Assembly: GCA_051418015.1 (NCBI GenBank)
Contig: JBPRGF010000031.1
Span: 128,001-192,000 of the forward strand
Source: Candidatus Nitrospinota bacterium M3_3B_026
GTDB taxonomy: Bacteria; Nitrospinota_A; UBA7883; JBPRGF01
Length of the DNA stretch: 64,000 bases
Direction: 5' to 3'
The notes below the pieces were generated by a model. That model was not told where the DNA came from. It saw only the letters and a program-made list of their open reading frames with translations, and ran no database searches. Shown here one piece after another: positions 46,388 through 55,417 of the stretch (positions are counted from its first letter, which is position 1; each line of letters opens with the position of its first letter). Both the position numbers and the translations under genes were made by a program.

Positions 46388-48451
46388 ATGGGCGATCTAC
46401 TGTTCGAGATCGGCGTGGAGGAGATACCTTCAGGCTACACCCGCCCGGCGGCCCAGGCGCTGAAAAACGCCCTGGCCGAAAGCCTCGCCGGGTGGGGGGT
46501 CGGCTTCGCCGATCTGAAGGAATACGCCACCCCACGCCGCCTCGCGGCGCTGGGAACGGGCATCGCGCAAACGCGCCCGGCCAGGAGGACGAAGGTATAC
46601 GGCCCCCCGGCGAAGGCCGCCTTCGGGCCGGACGGCAAACCCACGAAGGCCGCCGAGGGATTCGCGAAATCCAGGGGCGTGGACGTCTCGCGGCTCATGG
46701 TCGAAAAGACGCAGAAGGGGGAATACGTCCTCGTCGAGATGGAGGAAGGGGGCGAGAGGACGGTGGACCTTCTGGCGGAGGCTTTGCCCCGGATGGCCCT
46801 CGGCCTTCCCTTCCCGAAGTCGATGATCTGGGGAGAGGGCGGCGTCCGGTTCGCAAGGCCGATACACTGGATCGTGGCCCTGTTCGACGATGAGGTTATC
46901 CCCATGCGGGCCGGGAAGATAGAGTCCGGCCGCCATACCAGGGGCCACAGGTTCCTCGGCTCCGGGGACATAGAGATCGGCCGCCCGTCCGAATACGCCG
47001 AAAAGCTCCGGGAAAATCACGTCATAGCGGACATCGAGGAGCGAAAACACGCCATCCTGGAGGGCGCCAGGGCCTCCGCCGAGGCCCACGGGGCGTCCCT
47101 TGTCGAGGACGACGGGCTCGCGGAGACGGTCGCCTTTCTCACCGAATGGCCGCGGCCCCTGTGGGGCTCTTTCGACGAGGCTTTCCTTGAGCTGCCGGAG
47201 GAGCTGCTGATCGCCTCGATGAAGGCGCACCAGCGTATGTTCGCCGTGAAAAGGCCCGGTGGAGGGCTCGCCAACGGGTTCGTGGGGGTGTCGAACATGA
47301 AGACCGATGACGACCGCGTCGTCGTGGCGGGCTACGAGCGGGTCCTGCGCGCAAGGCTCACCGACGCGAGGTTCTTCTTCAACGAGGACAGGAAGCATAC
47401 CCTCGAATCCTTCGCCGAAAAGCTCGACGGCGTCATCTACCAGAAAAAGCTGGGTACCATCGGCGAAAAGGCGCGCAGGATCGCCGCCCTCGCGGAGCGG
47501 ATCGCCGGTCTGACGAGGCCGGACCTCGTGGAGAAGGCCCTCCGCGCCGCCAGGCTCTGCAAGGCCGACCTGGAGACGATGATGGTCTACGAGTTCCCGG
47601 AGCTGCAGGGGGTCATGGGCCGGGAGTACGCCAGGCTCCAGGGGGAGCCGGAGGAAGTATGCTCCGCCATCTACGAAAGCTACCTGCCCCGCCACTCGGG
47701 CGACGAGCTTCCCTCGGGCGACCTGGGGGCCATCGTCGGCCTCGCCGACAGGATCGACACCATAACCGGCTGTTTCGGAGTCGGGCTTGAGCCGACGGGA
47801 GACAGCGACCCCTTCGCCCTGCGCCGCCACACCCTGGCGGTGATACAGATAATCCGCGGCAAAGGATACAGCATCCCGCTTTCGAAGCTCGTGGATTTCG
47901 CCCTGGAGCGGCTGGAAGGAAAGCTGGACCGGGCCGGGGAGGAGGTGAAGAGGGACGTGTTGAGATTCTTCGAGGGAAGGCTCAAAAACCTTTGGACGGG
48001 CGCAGGGATGCCGGCCGACACGGCCGACGCGGTCATCGCCGCCGGGTTCGACGACCTTGCCGACGCCGAGGCCCGCGCCGGGGCTCTGGCGGAGCTTGGG
48101 AAGAGGGATTTTTTCGAGCCGCTGGCCACCACGTTCAAGCGCGTCGCCAACATCACCCGGGGGCACGAGCCGGGGGAGGTGGACGAGGCGCTGTTTGAAG
48201 AGGCCGCGGAGGAGAGGCTCTACGGGGAGGCCCGGCGGATGGAAGCCGATATCGCGCCGCTGATAGAGGACAAAAGATATCTCGACGCGCTGGAGCGGAT
48301 AGCCGCCCTGCGCGAGCCCGTGGACGCCTTTTTCGACGATGTGATGGTGATGGCCGGGGACGAGGCGCTGAAAAACAACAGGCTCAACCTCCTCGCGAAG
48401 GTCGGCGGCCACTTCGGCCGGATAGCCGATTTTTCAAAAATAGCCGCCTGA
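46388..48451 (+). CDS. glyS: Glycine-tRNA ligase beta subunit
   Basis: LLFEIGVEEIP, TPRRL, FARPIHW, RARLTDARFF, KADL.T.MV.EFPELQG, DPFALRR, FFDDVMV; extended -10 TGTTATAAT at 46343. Confidence 0.96.
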   Translation: MGDLLFEIGVEEIPSGYTRPAAQALKNALAESLAGWGVGFADLKEYATPRRLAALGTGIAQTRPARRTKVYGPPAKAAFGPDGKPTKAAEGFAKSRGVDVSRLMVEKTQKGEYVLVEMEEGGERTVDLLAEALPRMALGLPFPKSMIWGEGGVRFARPIHWIVALFDDEVIPMRAGKIESGRHTRGHRFLGSGDIEIGRPSEYAEKLRENHVIADIEERKHAILEGARASAEAHGASLVEDDGLAETVAFLTEWPRPLWGSFDEAFLELPEELLIASMKAHQRMFAVKRPGGGLANGFVGVSNMKTDDDRVVVAGYERVLRARLTDARFFFNEDRKHTLESFAEKLDGVIYQKKLGTIGEKARRIAALAERIAGLTRPDLVEKALRAARLCKADLETMMVYEFPELQGVMGREYARLQGEPEEVCSAIYESYLPRHSGDELPSGDLGAIVGLADRIDTITGCFGVGLEPTGDSDPFALRRHTLAVIQIIRGKGYSIPLSKLVDFALERLEGKLDRAGEEVKRDVLRFFEGRLKNLWTGAGMPADTADAVIAAGFDDLADAEARAGALAELGKRDFFEPLATTFKRVANITRGHEPGEVDEALFEEAAEERLYGEARRMEADIAPLIEDKRYLDALERIAALREPVDAFFDDVMVMAGDEALKNNRLNLLAKVGGHFGRIADFSKIAA

Positions 48452-48508
48452 CGCCGCGCCGTTTCAGGCCGCAGGCGGAAAAGTCCGTCCGCCCATCCAC
48501 CCACTGCC

Positions 48509-48676
48509 AGATGCTTCGCTGGCGCTCAGCATGACATAAATAGAAGGCGCGTTTCATTCTGAGCCCCTTCGGCTTCGCTCAGGGCAGGCTCCGGCGAAGA
48601 ATCCCGTTGTTCCGCGATACAAGACTCTTCGCCGACCCTTCGGCCTCAGCTCGAGGCGCAGGCTCGGCAGGACGCC
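48509..48676. repeat. Cluster of palindromic repeat units (copy C) between convergent genes
   Basis: AGATGCTTCGCTGGCGCTCAGCATGACA; TCATTCTGAGCCCCTTCGGCTTCGCTCAGGGCAGGCTCCGGCGAAGAATC; AGACTCTTCGCC... Confidence 0.7.
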
Positions 48677-48740
48677 GCCAGGAAGAGTTATCATAACATC
48701 CGGCGGCTTTTTCAATAACGGCCAGATATCTCAGGCGGCC

Positions 48741-49157
48741 TTATTCGACGGCGACCAACTCGATGTCGAAGATAAGCTTCTTGCCCGCCAGGACGTGGTT
48801 GCCGTCCAGGACGGCGGTGTCGTCTTTAAGCTCCCGCACTATCCAGGTCTGTCCCGTCTCGGGGTTGGAGAGCACGGCGCCTTCCTTCACGTTCTCCGGT
48901 ATCTTTTCCTTGGGCGCCTCCAGGACCAGACGCTCGTCATATTCGCCGTAGGCGTCCTCGGGGTGGACCTCCACCGTCTTCTTGTCGCCCACCGCCATGC
49001 CGATGACGGCGTCGCTTACACCCTTTATGACCTCGGGCGACCCGGCGTCGAACTGGAACGGGTCCTTGCCCTCGGTGGTGTCGAACACCATGTCGTTCTC
49101 CAACCGTCCGGAGTAATGGATGCTGACCTTGTCTCCCTTGTCCACTTTTTCACCCAT
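48741..49157 (-). CDS. FKBP-type peptidyl-prolyl isomerase (SlyD/FkpB-like, no His tail)
   Basis: VSIHYSGRL...FDTT, PEDAYG, DGNHVLAGK.LIFDIEL. Confidence 0.92.
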   Translation of the reverse strand: MGEKVDKGDKVSIHYSGRLENDMVFDTTEGKDPFQFDAGSPEVIKGVSDAVIGMAVGDKKTVEVHPEDAYGEYDERLVLEAPKEKIPENVKEGAVLSNPETGQTWIVRELKDDTAVLDGNHVLAGKKLIFDIELVAVE

Positions 49158-49239
49158 TGGGAGGCTCCTTATCTTTATTTGCAGGTATGATCGTTCTCAG
49201 TGTTACGGTTCCATGTTAATAAGAGATGGGGGGGCGTTG

Positions 49240-49659
49240 TCAAATCCGTCTGGCGCCCGTCCCGCCGCACCATCTGCATATCCGGCGGACGCCGAACATG
49301 TCCCGGCGCCGTCCCCGCCCGCCGCACATGGAGCAAACGCCGCTGACAGAAGACGGCCCGGAGGCGCTCCCCCCGGTCTTCTTTATGTATTCGCGCACGA
49401 AGGACAGGTCGTGATTCACCCGTTGGGAGGGGCCTCCCGCGCCGGCGAGCCCGCGGTCGTAGACGGCTTTCCTGGCGGAGTCGGACAGGGTGTCGTGGGC
49501 CTCCTTCAAAAGCAGGAAACGCCCCGTCCCCTCCTCGCCCGCCCTGTCGGGGTGGCAGAGGAATGCCATCCTCCTGTAAGCCTTTTTTATCTCGTCGGCG
49601 CCGGCGTCTGGGCGGACTTTGAGGATGGAGTAGTAGTTTAAAGCCTTCCCGGCTCTCAT
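49240..49659 (-). CDS. Small J-domain protein with one DnaJ-type zinc finger
   Basis: YYSIL...IKKAYRRMA...HPD...EAHDTLSD; CSMCGGRG and CRWCGGTG. Confidence 0.75.
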   Translation of the reverse strand: MRAGKALNYYSILKVRPDAGADEIKKAYRRMAFLCHPDRAGEEGTGRFLLLKEAHDTLSDSARKAVYDRGLAGAGGPSQRVNHDLSFVREYIKKTGGSASGPSSVSGVCSMCGGRGRRRDMFGVRRICRWCGGTGARRI

Positions 49660-49943
49660 AAGCCCCCGCTCCCGTATTCCAGGCCCGCCCGCTCCCGGAG
49701 GAAAGCCCCGGCGCGCGGCCCGTCTAACATGGCTGCTTCCATATTTAAATTGTACACCACACTCCCAAAGAAGACCGTTGCGCAAATAACGCTCTCGCCA
49801 TATTGTCGTCCCGGTGTCCATCACGGGTGTCCAGGGTGAACTTCCGCCGCGGACTCCGTCCAGGACGACAGCGGTGGACGATTGTGGACAGGCCGCGCAA
49901 AGGTCTCGTTGACAACATGGCTTTCGCGCCGGAAAATAACCCG

Positions 49944-50912
49944 ATGACCACAGAGCCTTTGCTGGAAGTTTCGGGCCTCAAAAAGTTTTTCCCCATAAAG
50001 ACGGGCGTCTTCTCCCACGTCTCCGGCCACGTGCGCGCAGTCGACGGGGTCGGGTTCTCCATCGGACGGGGAAAGACGCTGGGGCTTGTGGGAGAGTCCG
50101 GCTGCGGGAAAACGACCACGGGCCGGCTCGTCCTGCGCCTGATGGAGCCTACGGAGGGCAGAGTGCTCTTTGAAGGGGGGGACATCACCTCCCTGTCCGG
50201 AAAACGCATGAGAGCCCTGCGCCGGAAAATGCAGATCGTCTTCCAGGACCCCTTCGCCTCGCTGAACCCCAGGATGACCGTCGGCGCCACGGTCTCGGAG
50301 CCTTTCCACGTCCACGGCGTGGGCAAGAAAAATGAGCGGGCCGGCATGGCCGCCGAGGTCCTGGAGAGGGTCGGGCTGGGCGCGGAGAGCATAAACCGCT
50401 ACCCCCACGAGTTCTCAGGCGGCCAGCGCCAGCGGATCGGCATAGCAAGGGCCATCGCGCTGAAGCCGGAGCTGATCGTCCTCGACGAGCCTGTCTCCGC
50501 GCTGGACGTCTCCATCCAGGCGCAGGTCATAAACCTGCTCATGGACCTGAAGGAGGAGTTCGGCATGGCCTACCTTTTCATCTCGCACGACCTGGCCGTC
50601 GTGGAGAGGATGAGCGACCACGTGGGGGTCATGTACCTTGGCAAGATCATGGAGACAGGCCCAGCGGACGCCGTCTACTCGAACCCCGTCCATCCCTATA
50701 CCGAGGCGCTCCTTTCCGCCACGCCGATACCCGACCCGGAAAAGAAAGGGTCGAAAATAAAGCTCAAAGGCGACGTGCCAAGCCCCGCGAACCCTCCCCC
50801 GGGCTGCGTTTTCCACACCCGGTGCCCGATACGAAAGGACGAGTGCTCCAGGATCGTCCCCGAGCTTTCCAGCCGGGACGGCGGGCAGCTTGCGGCCTGT
50901 CTTGTAAGGTGA
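49944..50912 (+). CDS. Oligopeptide/dipeptide ABC transporter ATP-binding protein (OppF/DppF-like)
   Basis: GESGCGKTT, FQDPFASLNPR, FSGGQRQR, DEPVSALDVS, HPYT, GCVFHTRCP. Confidence 0.92.
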   Translation: MTTEPLLEVSGLKKFFPIKTGVFSHVSGHVRAVDGVGFSIGRGKTLGLVGESGCGKTTTGRLVLRLMEPTEGRVLFEGGDITSLSGKRMRALRRKMQIVFQDPFASLNPRMTVGATVSEPFHVHGVGKKNERAGMAAEVLERVGLGAESINRYPHEFSGGQRQRIGIARAIALKPELIVLDEPVSALDVSIQAQVINLLMDLKEEFGMAYLFISHDLAVVERMSDHVGVMYLGKIMETGPADAVYSNPVHPYTEALLSATPIPDPEKKGSKIKLKGDVPSPANPPPGCVFHTRCPIRKDECSRIVPELSSRDGGQLAACLVR

Positions 50913-50914
50913 GC

Positions 50915-51502
50915 ATGGGAGCCGGGATGGAACACGCCGTGGCGCAAAGTGACGGCAGCGCCGTGAACATTTTCGGCAGCAGGCCCCGCGCGTGGGCCGT
51001 GACCATGGGTTTCGTGGCGGCGATATACACCGCCTCGGCCCTGGGGGGCGGGCTCCAGAGGGAGCTTTCCAGCCGTGGCTTGGGGGAGCTTGTTTCCGTG
51101 TCGATCTTCATGGTCTACATAATCGCCTGCTTTTACATCATAGTCATCCGGCTGGGCCGGTGGGCGCTCCGGGACGCGGCGGTCCTGACAGCGGCGCTGG
51201 CCGCCATCGTCTACACCGCGATACGGCTCGCCAAAAGCCCCTACGACCTGCTTCACATCGTGGAATACTCCCTCCTGGCCGTGCTTTTCCACTACGCCCT
51301 GAAGTTCGACGTGAGAACGAGGCTGATATACATGCTCTCCTGGGCGCTCGCGGCCGCATCGGGGGCCGCGGACGAGGTGATACAATCCTTCATCCCGGAA
51401 AGAATATACGCGGTCAACGACATGACGATAGACGCCATATCGGCCGCCGTGGCGCTGGCGGTTCTGGGGTTTGTCGTGGAGGAAAGAAAAGCGTGGGTTT
51501 GA
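50915..51502 (+). CDS. VanZ-like membrane protein
   Basis: TM helices, LHIVEYSLLA, DEVIQSFIPER...D. Confidence 0.7.
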   Translation: MGAGMEHAVAQSDGSAVNIFGSRPRAWAVTMGFVAAIYTASALGGGLQRELSSRGLGELVSVSIFMVYIIACFYIIVIRLGRWALRDAAVLTAALAAIVYTAIRLAKSPYDLLHIVEYSLLAVLFHYALKFDVRTRLIYMLSWALAAASGAADEVIQSFIPERIYAVNDMTIDAISAAVALAVLGFVVEERKAWV

Positions 51503-52923
51503 GGCTCGCGGCGTTTTTCGTCGTTTTTTCAAGTCTGGCGGGCCCTGCCGCCGCGTCGGCGAACACACTGGAGAAGGCGGCGCGGGCGCTCTTTTCCCAG
51601 GGGTGCGTGAACGCGGAGAAAACAGCCGTCCGGGTGGTCGACGCGCGCTCCGGCGCGGTGATCTTCGACAGAAACGGCGCCACACCGCTGATCCCCGCGT
51701 CGGTGATGAAGCTTTTCACCACCGCCGCCGCTCTGGAGTACCTGGGGCCGGCATACAGATTCAAGACCGAGATATTTCACACCGGCGCCATCAGGGACGG
51801 CGTTATCGAAGGGGATATCATGATCCGCGGCGGGGGCGACCCGAAGCTGACGCCGGAGGCGCTGTGGAGGATCGCCCGGGACGTGGGAGATATGGGGGTC
51901 TCGAGGGTGGAGGGCGCCCTCGTGGCGGACGACTCCTTTTTCGACGGCCGGAAGCTCGCCCCCGGGTGGAGCCGCAGACGCACCCAGCGCGCCTATGACG
52001 CGGGATTGGGGGCGCTGTCGGTGAACTTCAACACCGTCGCGGTCAAGGTATACCCGGGAAGGAGGGAGGGCGCGCCCCTGACCGCGGCCGTGGAGCCTGA
52101 GACGCCCTACGTCACCATCGTCAACAAGGGAAAAACCGCCGGCCAGGGAAAACCCGTCTCGGCCAGAAGGGCGCCAAGCGGCGGGAGGGTGAAAATCGTC
52201 GTCACCGGCGTCATGAGCCCCGGCGCCGATGGCGAGGTGATCTACGTCAACATCGCGGACCCGGCCAGGTTCGCCGCGGAGACGTTCAGGGCCGCCCTCG
52301 AACGCGAGGGGATACGGGTGGACGGCGGGGTCAGGATCGGCCAGGCGCCGGAGGGGGCGAGGCTTTTATATACACATAAGTCGAAGCCCCTCGCGGCCAT
52401 CCTGCGCGAGCTGAACCACTACTCCAGCAACTTCGTCGCCGAGCAGATCGTCAAGACCATCGCCGCCACGGTGAACGGCGAGCCGGGTGAACACGGCGCG
52501 GCGCTGGACATGACCCGGAAGTTCGCCGAAAAACTGGGCGTGGACACCGGCCTCCTCGTCTTCGCCGACGGGTCCGGGCTCTCGCGCGAGAACAGGCTGA
52601 CGGCCAGGGCTGTCACGGACCTTCTCGGCGCCGTGGCGGGGCGGTTCGACACAGGACCGGACTTCATAGCCTCCCTCGGAATAATGGGCGTGGACGGTTC
52701 CGTCAAGGAAAGGGTCGAGAACTCCCCCGCCCGCGCGCTGGCCAGGGCCAAGACCGGGACGCTCGCGGGAGTAAGCTCGCTCGCCGGGTACGTGGCTGGC
52801 AGGGAGGGGGGGCTCTACGCCTTCGCCATAATCCAGAACGACAACTCCTGCTACTACGAAAAGGCCGACAAGCTGGAGGACGATATCGTCACCGCCATTC
52901 ATCTGATGGACGGCGGCGGCTGA
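51493..52923 (+). CDS. dacB: D-Ala-D-Ala carboxypeptidase/endopeptidase (PBP4, peptidase S13)
   Basis: PASVMK (SxxK), GGGDP, SSN (SxN), DGSGLSR, AKTGTL; GTG start with GGAGG RBS. Confidence 0.92.
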   Translation: MGLRLAAFFVVFSSLAGPAAASANTLEKAARALFSQGCVNAEKTAVRVVDARSGAVIFDRNGATPLIPASVMKLFTTAAALEYLGPAYRFKTEIFHTGAIRDGVIEGDIMIRGGGDPKLTPEALWRIARDVGDMGVSRVEGALVADDSFFDGRKLAPGWSRRRTQRAYDAGLGALSVNFNTVAVKVYPGRREGAPLTAAVEPETPYVTIVNKGKTAGQGKPVSARRAPSGGRVKIVVTGVMSPGADGEVIYVNIADPARFAAETFRAALEREGIRVDGGVRIGQAPEGARLLYTHKSKPLAAILRELNHYSSNFVAEQIVKTIAATVNGEPGEHGAALDMTRKFAEKLGVDTGLLVFADGSGLSRENRLTARAVTDLLGAVAGRFDTGPDFIASLGIMGVDGSVKERVENSPARALARAKTGTLAGVSSLAGYVAGREGGLYAFAIIQNDNSCYYEKADKLEDDIVTAIHLMDGGG

Positions 52924-54635
52924 TGAGGCGGGCCAGGTGGCGCCTGAAAAAGCCTTGCGAAGCCGACGCCCTCGCCGGCGCCTTGGGCGTCCCGCCGGTG
53001 GTGGCCCGGCTGCTGGCCGTCCGGGGGATGGAAGACCCGGACAGCGCCCGAGCATACATGGAGGCGCCGCTGTCGTCCATGGAGGATCCCCTGAGGATGG
53101 CGGACATGGACAGGGCCGTGGAAAGGATTGTCCGCGCCCGGGCGCGAAGGGAGAAGATAGTCGTCTACGCCGACTACGACGTGGACGGGATAACCGCCGC
53201 CGCCGCGCTGATCCGTTTTTTCCGCGAGACTGGTTTCACCGCCGGGTATTACATCCCGGAGCGCCTGAGCGAAGGATATGGCCTGAACACGCCCGCCGTG
53301 GAGCGCATCGCCGGGGAGGGCGCGGGGCTTGTCATCACCGTGGACAGCGGGATATCCGGCCACGCCGCCGTGGAGCGGGCCAACGCGCTCGGCCTTGACG
53401 TGATAGTAACCGACCACCACCAGCCCGGGATGAGACTCCCTCCGGCATACGCCGTTCTGAACCCCCGCAGAAAGGATTGTCCCTACCCTTTCAAAACCCT
53501 CGCCGGGGCCGGGGTGGCCATGAAGCTTCTGATGGCCCTGCGGTCACGCCTCCACGAGGAAGGGATGGGAAAGGCGGAGTTGCCTAACCTCAGAAAATAC
53601 CTGGACCTGATCGCCCTGGGGACGATCGCCGACATGGTCCCGCTGACGGGGGAGAACAGGGTGATGGCCAGGCACGGCCTGGCCCAGCTTTCCACCACGG
53701 ACAAGCCGGGCCTGGCGGCGCTCGCGCGCATTGCTCTCCGTGGCGGCGGGCCCGTGACGGCGCGGGACGCCGCCTTCTCCCTGGCGCCGGTGTTGAACGC
53801 GGCGGGAAGGCTCGGCAGGGCGGACACGGCGCTGAATCTGCTGACTACCGAGGACGAGGGGGAGGCGAGAAAGCTGGCCGCCTTCCTGGAGGGGGAGAAC
53901 CTGAAACGGCGCGAGGCGCAACGGGAGATGTTCGAGCAGGCGGTCCGCATGGCCGAAAAGACTGTCGATTTCGCCCGGGAGAGGATCATAGTCGTGGGAG
54001 ACGAAGGGTGGTTCTCCGGGGTGGCCGGCATAGTCGCCTCCAAGCTCGTGAACAGGTACCATATGCCCGCGGCGGTGGTCTGCTTCAAAGACGGGGTGGG
54101 GACGGGCTCGGCGAGGTCCATACACCCCTTCAACATCACCGAGGGCCTCGGCAGGGCTTCCGGCGCGCTGGAGAGATACGGCGGCCACAGGCTGGCCGCC
54201 GGTTTCACCGTGCGGCGCGAGAAGTTCGCGGAGTTGAAGGAGGCGCTCGCCGCCGCCGCGGGCGATGACCTCAGCCCGGAGGACCTCGTCCCGGAGGTCG
54301 AGATAGACCTTGCGGCGGAGCCTTCCGATTTCGACATGGAGACCGTGGAGGCGCTGTCGGCGCTGGAGCCTTTCGGGGAGGGGGCGCCGGCCCCGGTCTT
54401 CCTCAGCCGGGGCGTGGCCGTCAAGGAGCTGAGGAGGATGGGCAGGGAGGGCGCGAGCGTCCGCCTCTCCCTGGACGGCGGAGTGGAGGCGGTCGGGTTC
54501 GGCATGGCGGAGCTTTTCGCCGGGGCTCGAGGCCCGCAGGAGAGGTTCGACATCGTCTACACGCCGGAGATAAACGCCTGGGGGTCATCCAGGCGGCCGC
54601 GGCTGCGCCTCATCGACGCGCGCGGCTCCTGTTGA
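52923..54635 (+). CDS. recJ: ssDNA-specific exonuclease RecJ
   Basis: DYDVDG, EGYGLN, TVDSG, TDHH, GTIADMVPL, GSARS, GGH..AAG, EPFG. Confidence 0.95.
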   Translation: MRRARWRLKKPCEADALAGALGVPPVVARLLAVRGMEDPDSARAYMEAPLSSMEDPLRMADMDRAVERIVRARARREKIVVYADYDVDGITAAAALIRFFRETGFTAGYYIPERLSEGYGLNTPAVERIAGEGAGLVITVDSGISGHAAVERANALGLDVIVTDHHQPGMRLPPAYAVLNPRRKDCPYPFKTLAGAGVAMKLLMALRSRLHEEGMGKAELPNLRKYLDLIALGTIADMVPLTGENRVMARHGLAQLSTTDKPGLAALARIALRGGGPVTARDAAFSLAPVLNAAGRLGRADTALNLLTTEDEGEARKLAAFLEGENLKRREAQREMFEQAVRMAEKTVDFARERIIVVGDEGWFSGVAGIVASKLVNRYHMPAAVVCFKDGVGTGSARSIHPFNITEGLGRASGALERYGGHRLAAGFTVRREKFAELKEALAAAAGDDLSPEDLVPEVEIDLAAEPSDFDMETVEALSALEPFGEGAPAPVFLSRGVAVKELRRMGREGASVRLSLDGGVEAVGFGMAELFAGARGPQERFDIVYTPEINAWGSSRRPRLRLIDARGSC

Positions 54636-54650
54636 GCGCCCGGGCGGGCT

Positions 54651-54998
54651 TCAGCCCTTCCCGCCGCCGTTGTGGCGGTAGGCTATCACCCTGACCTTCT
54701 CGACCGTCACAAGGCCCTCCCCTATCATCCCGTCGAGCTCCGGCAAAAATTTTTCTATCTTCTCCGGCGTGTCGACGATCTCGACGATCATGGGAAGGTC
54801 CTCGGAGAGCCTCAGTATCTTGGCGGTATGCAGGACGCTGTTCGCCCCATACCCCAGAAGACCGCGCAGAACAGTGGCCCCGGCGAGGCCCCTTTCCCGG
54901 GCAAGCTCCACTATCGCCTCGTAAAGGGGTTTGCCGCCGAGCTTGTCGCTCTCGCCGATAAAAACCCTCAAAAGCTCCGCCTCGGATGGAAGCCTCAT
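54651..54998 (-). CDS. DUF190 (PII-like) protein
   Basis: LRVFIGESD...LYEAIV...AGATVLRG..GYG...LSEDLP.IVEIVD; typical crcB neighbour. Confidence 0.9.
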   Translation of the reverse strand: MRLPSEAELLRVFIGESDKLGGKPLYEAIVELARERGLAGATVLRGLLGYGANSVLHTAKILRLSEDLPMIVEIVDTPEKIEKFLPELDGMIGEGLVTVEKVRVIAYRHNGGGKG

Positions 54999-55017
54999 GC
55001 CCTCCTCCACGCCGTTG

Positions 55018-55398
55018 TCATATAACCCGTCCCAACGCAAGGCCCATGATGACAAGCGCGATCCCCGCGGCGTTGTTCAGGGCGATGGAGCCCGCCGCCC
55101 AGAGCCATTGTGAGTCGCGGGCGAGCTCCACCGTCTCCAGCGCGTAGGTGGAAAAGGTGGTGAACGCGCCCAGGAAGCCTATCATGACGATGGTCCTCGC
55201 CTCGCCGCCGATGGCGAGCCGCTCCACCGCCAGCGCCCAGAAAAACCCGGCCAGGAAACAGCCGATCCCGTTGACCGCCGCCGTGCCCCAGGGAAACTCG
55301 CTTTTCGAAAAGCCCTGCGCAACCCCCGAAAGCCAGTACCGGCAAAGCGCCCCCAGCGCCCCGCCTAAAGCCAGCCCCAAAAATTTCTGATACGCCAT
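55018..55398 (-). CDS. crcB: Fluoride efflux channel CrcB/Fluc
   Basis: GGALGA..RY, PWGT..VN, GFLGAFTTFSTY. Confidence 0.95.
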   Translation of the reverse strand: MAYQKFLGLALGGALGALCRYWLSGVAQGFSKSEFPWGTAAVNGIGCFLAGFFWALAVERLAIGGEARTIVMIGFLGAFTTFSTYALETVELARDSQWLWAAGSIALNNAAGIALVIMGLALGRVI

Positions 55399-55417
55399 GC
55401 GTCTGGAAAACCTTAGT

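Noticed and set aside
48466..48723. IS5-like terminal repeats around repeat cluster C
   Set aside because: The similarity between GGCCGCAGGCGGAAAAGTCCG and the right-hand CGGCTTTTTCAATAACGGCC is too degenerate to call.
46388..50912. glyS without glyQ, and a lone oppF-like ATPase
   Set aside because: Split operons are common; the partners are probably elsewhere in the genome.
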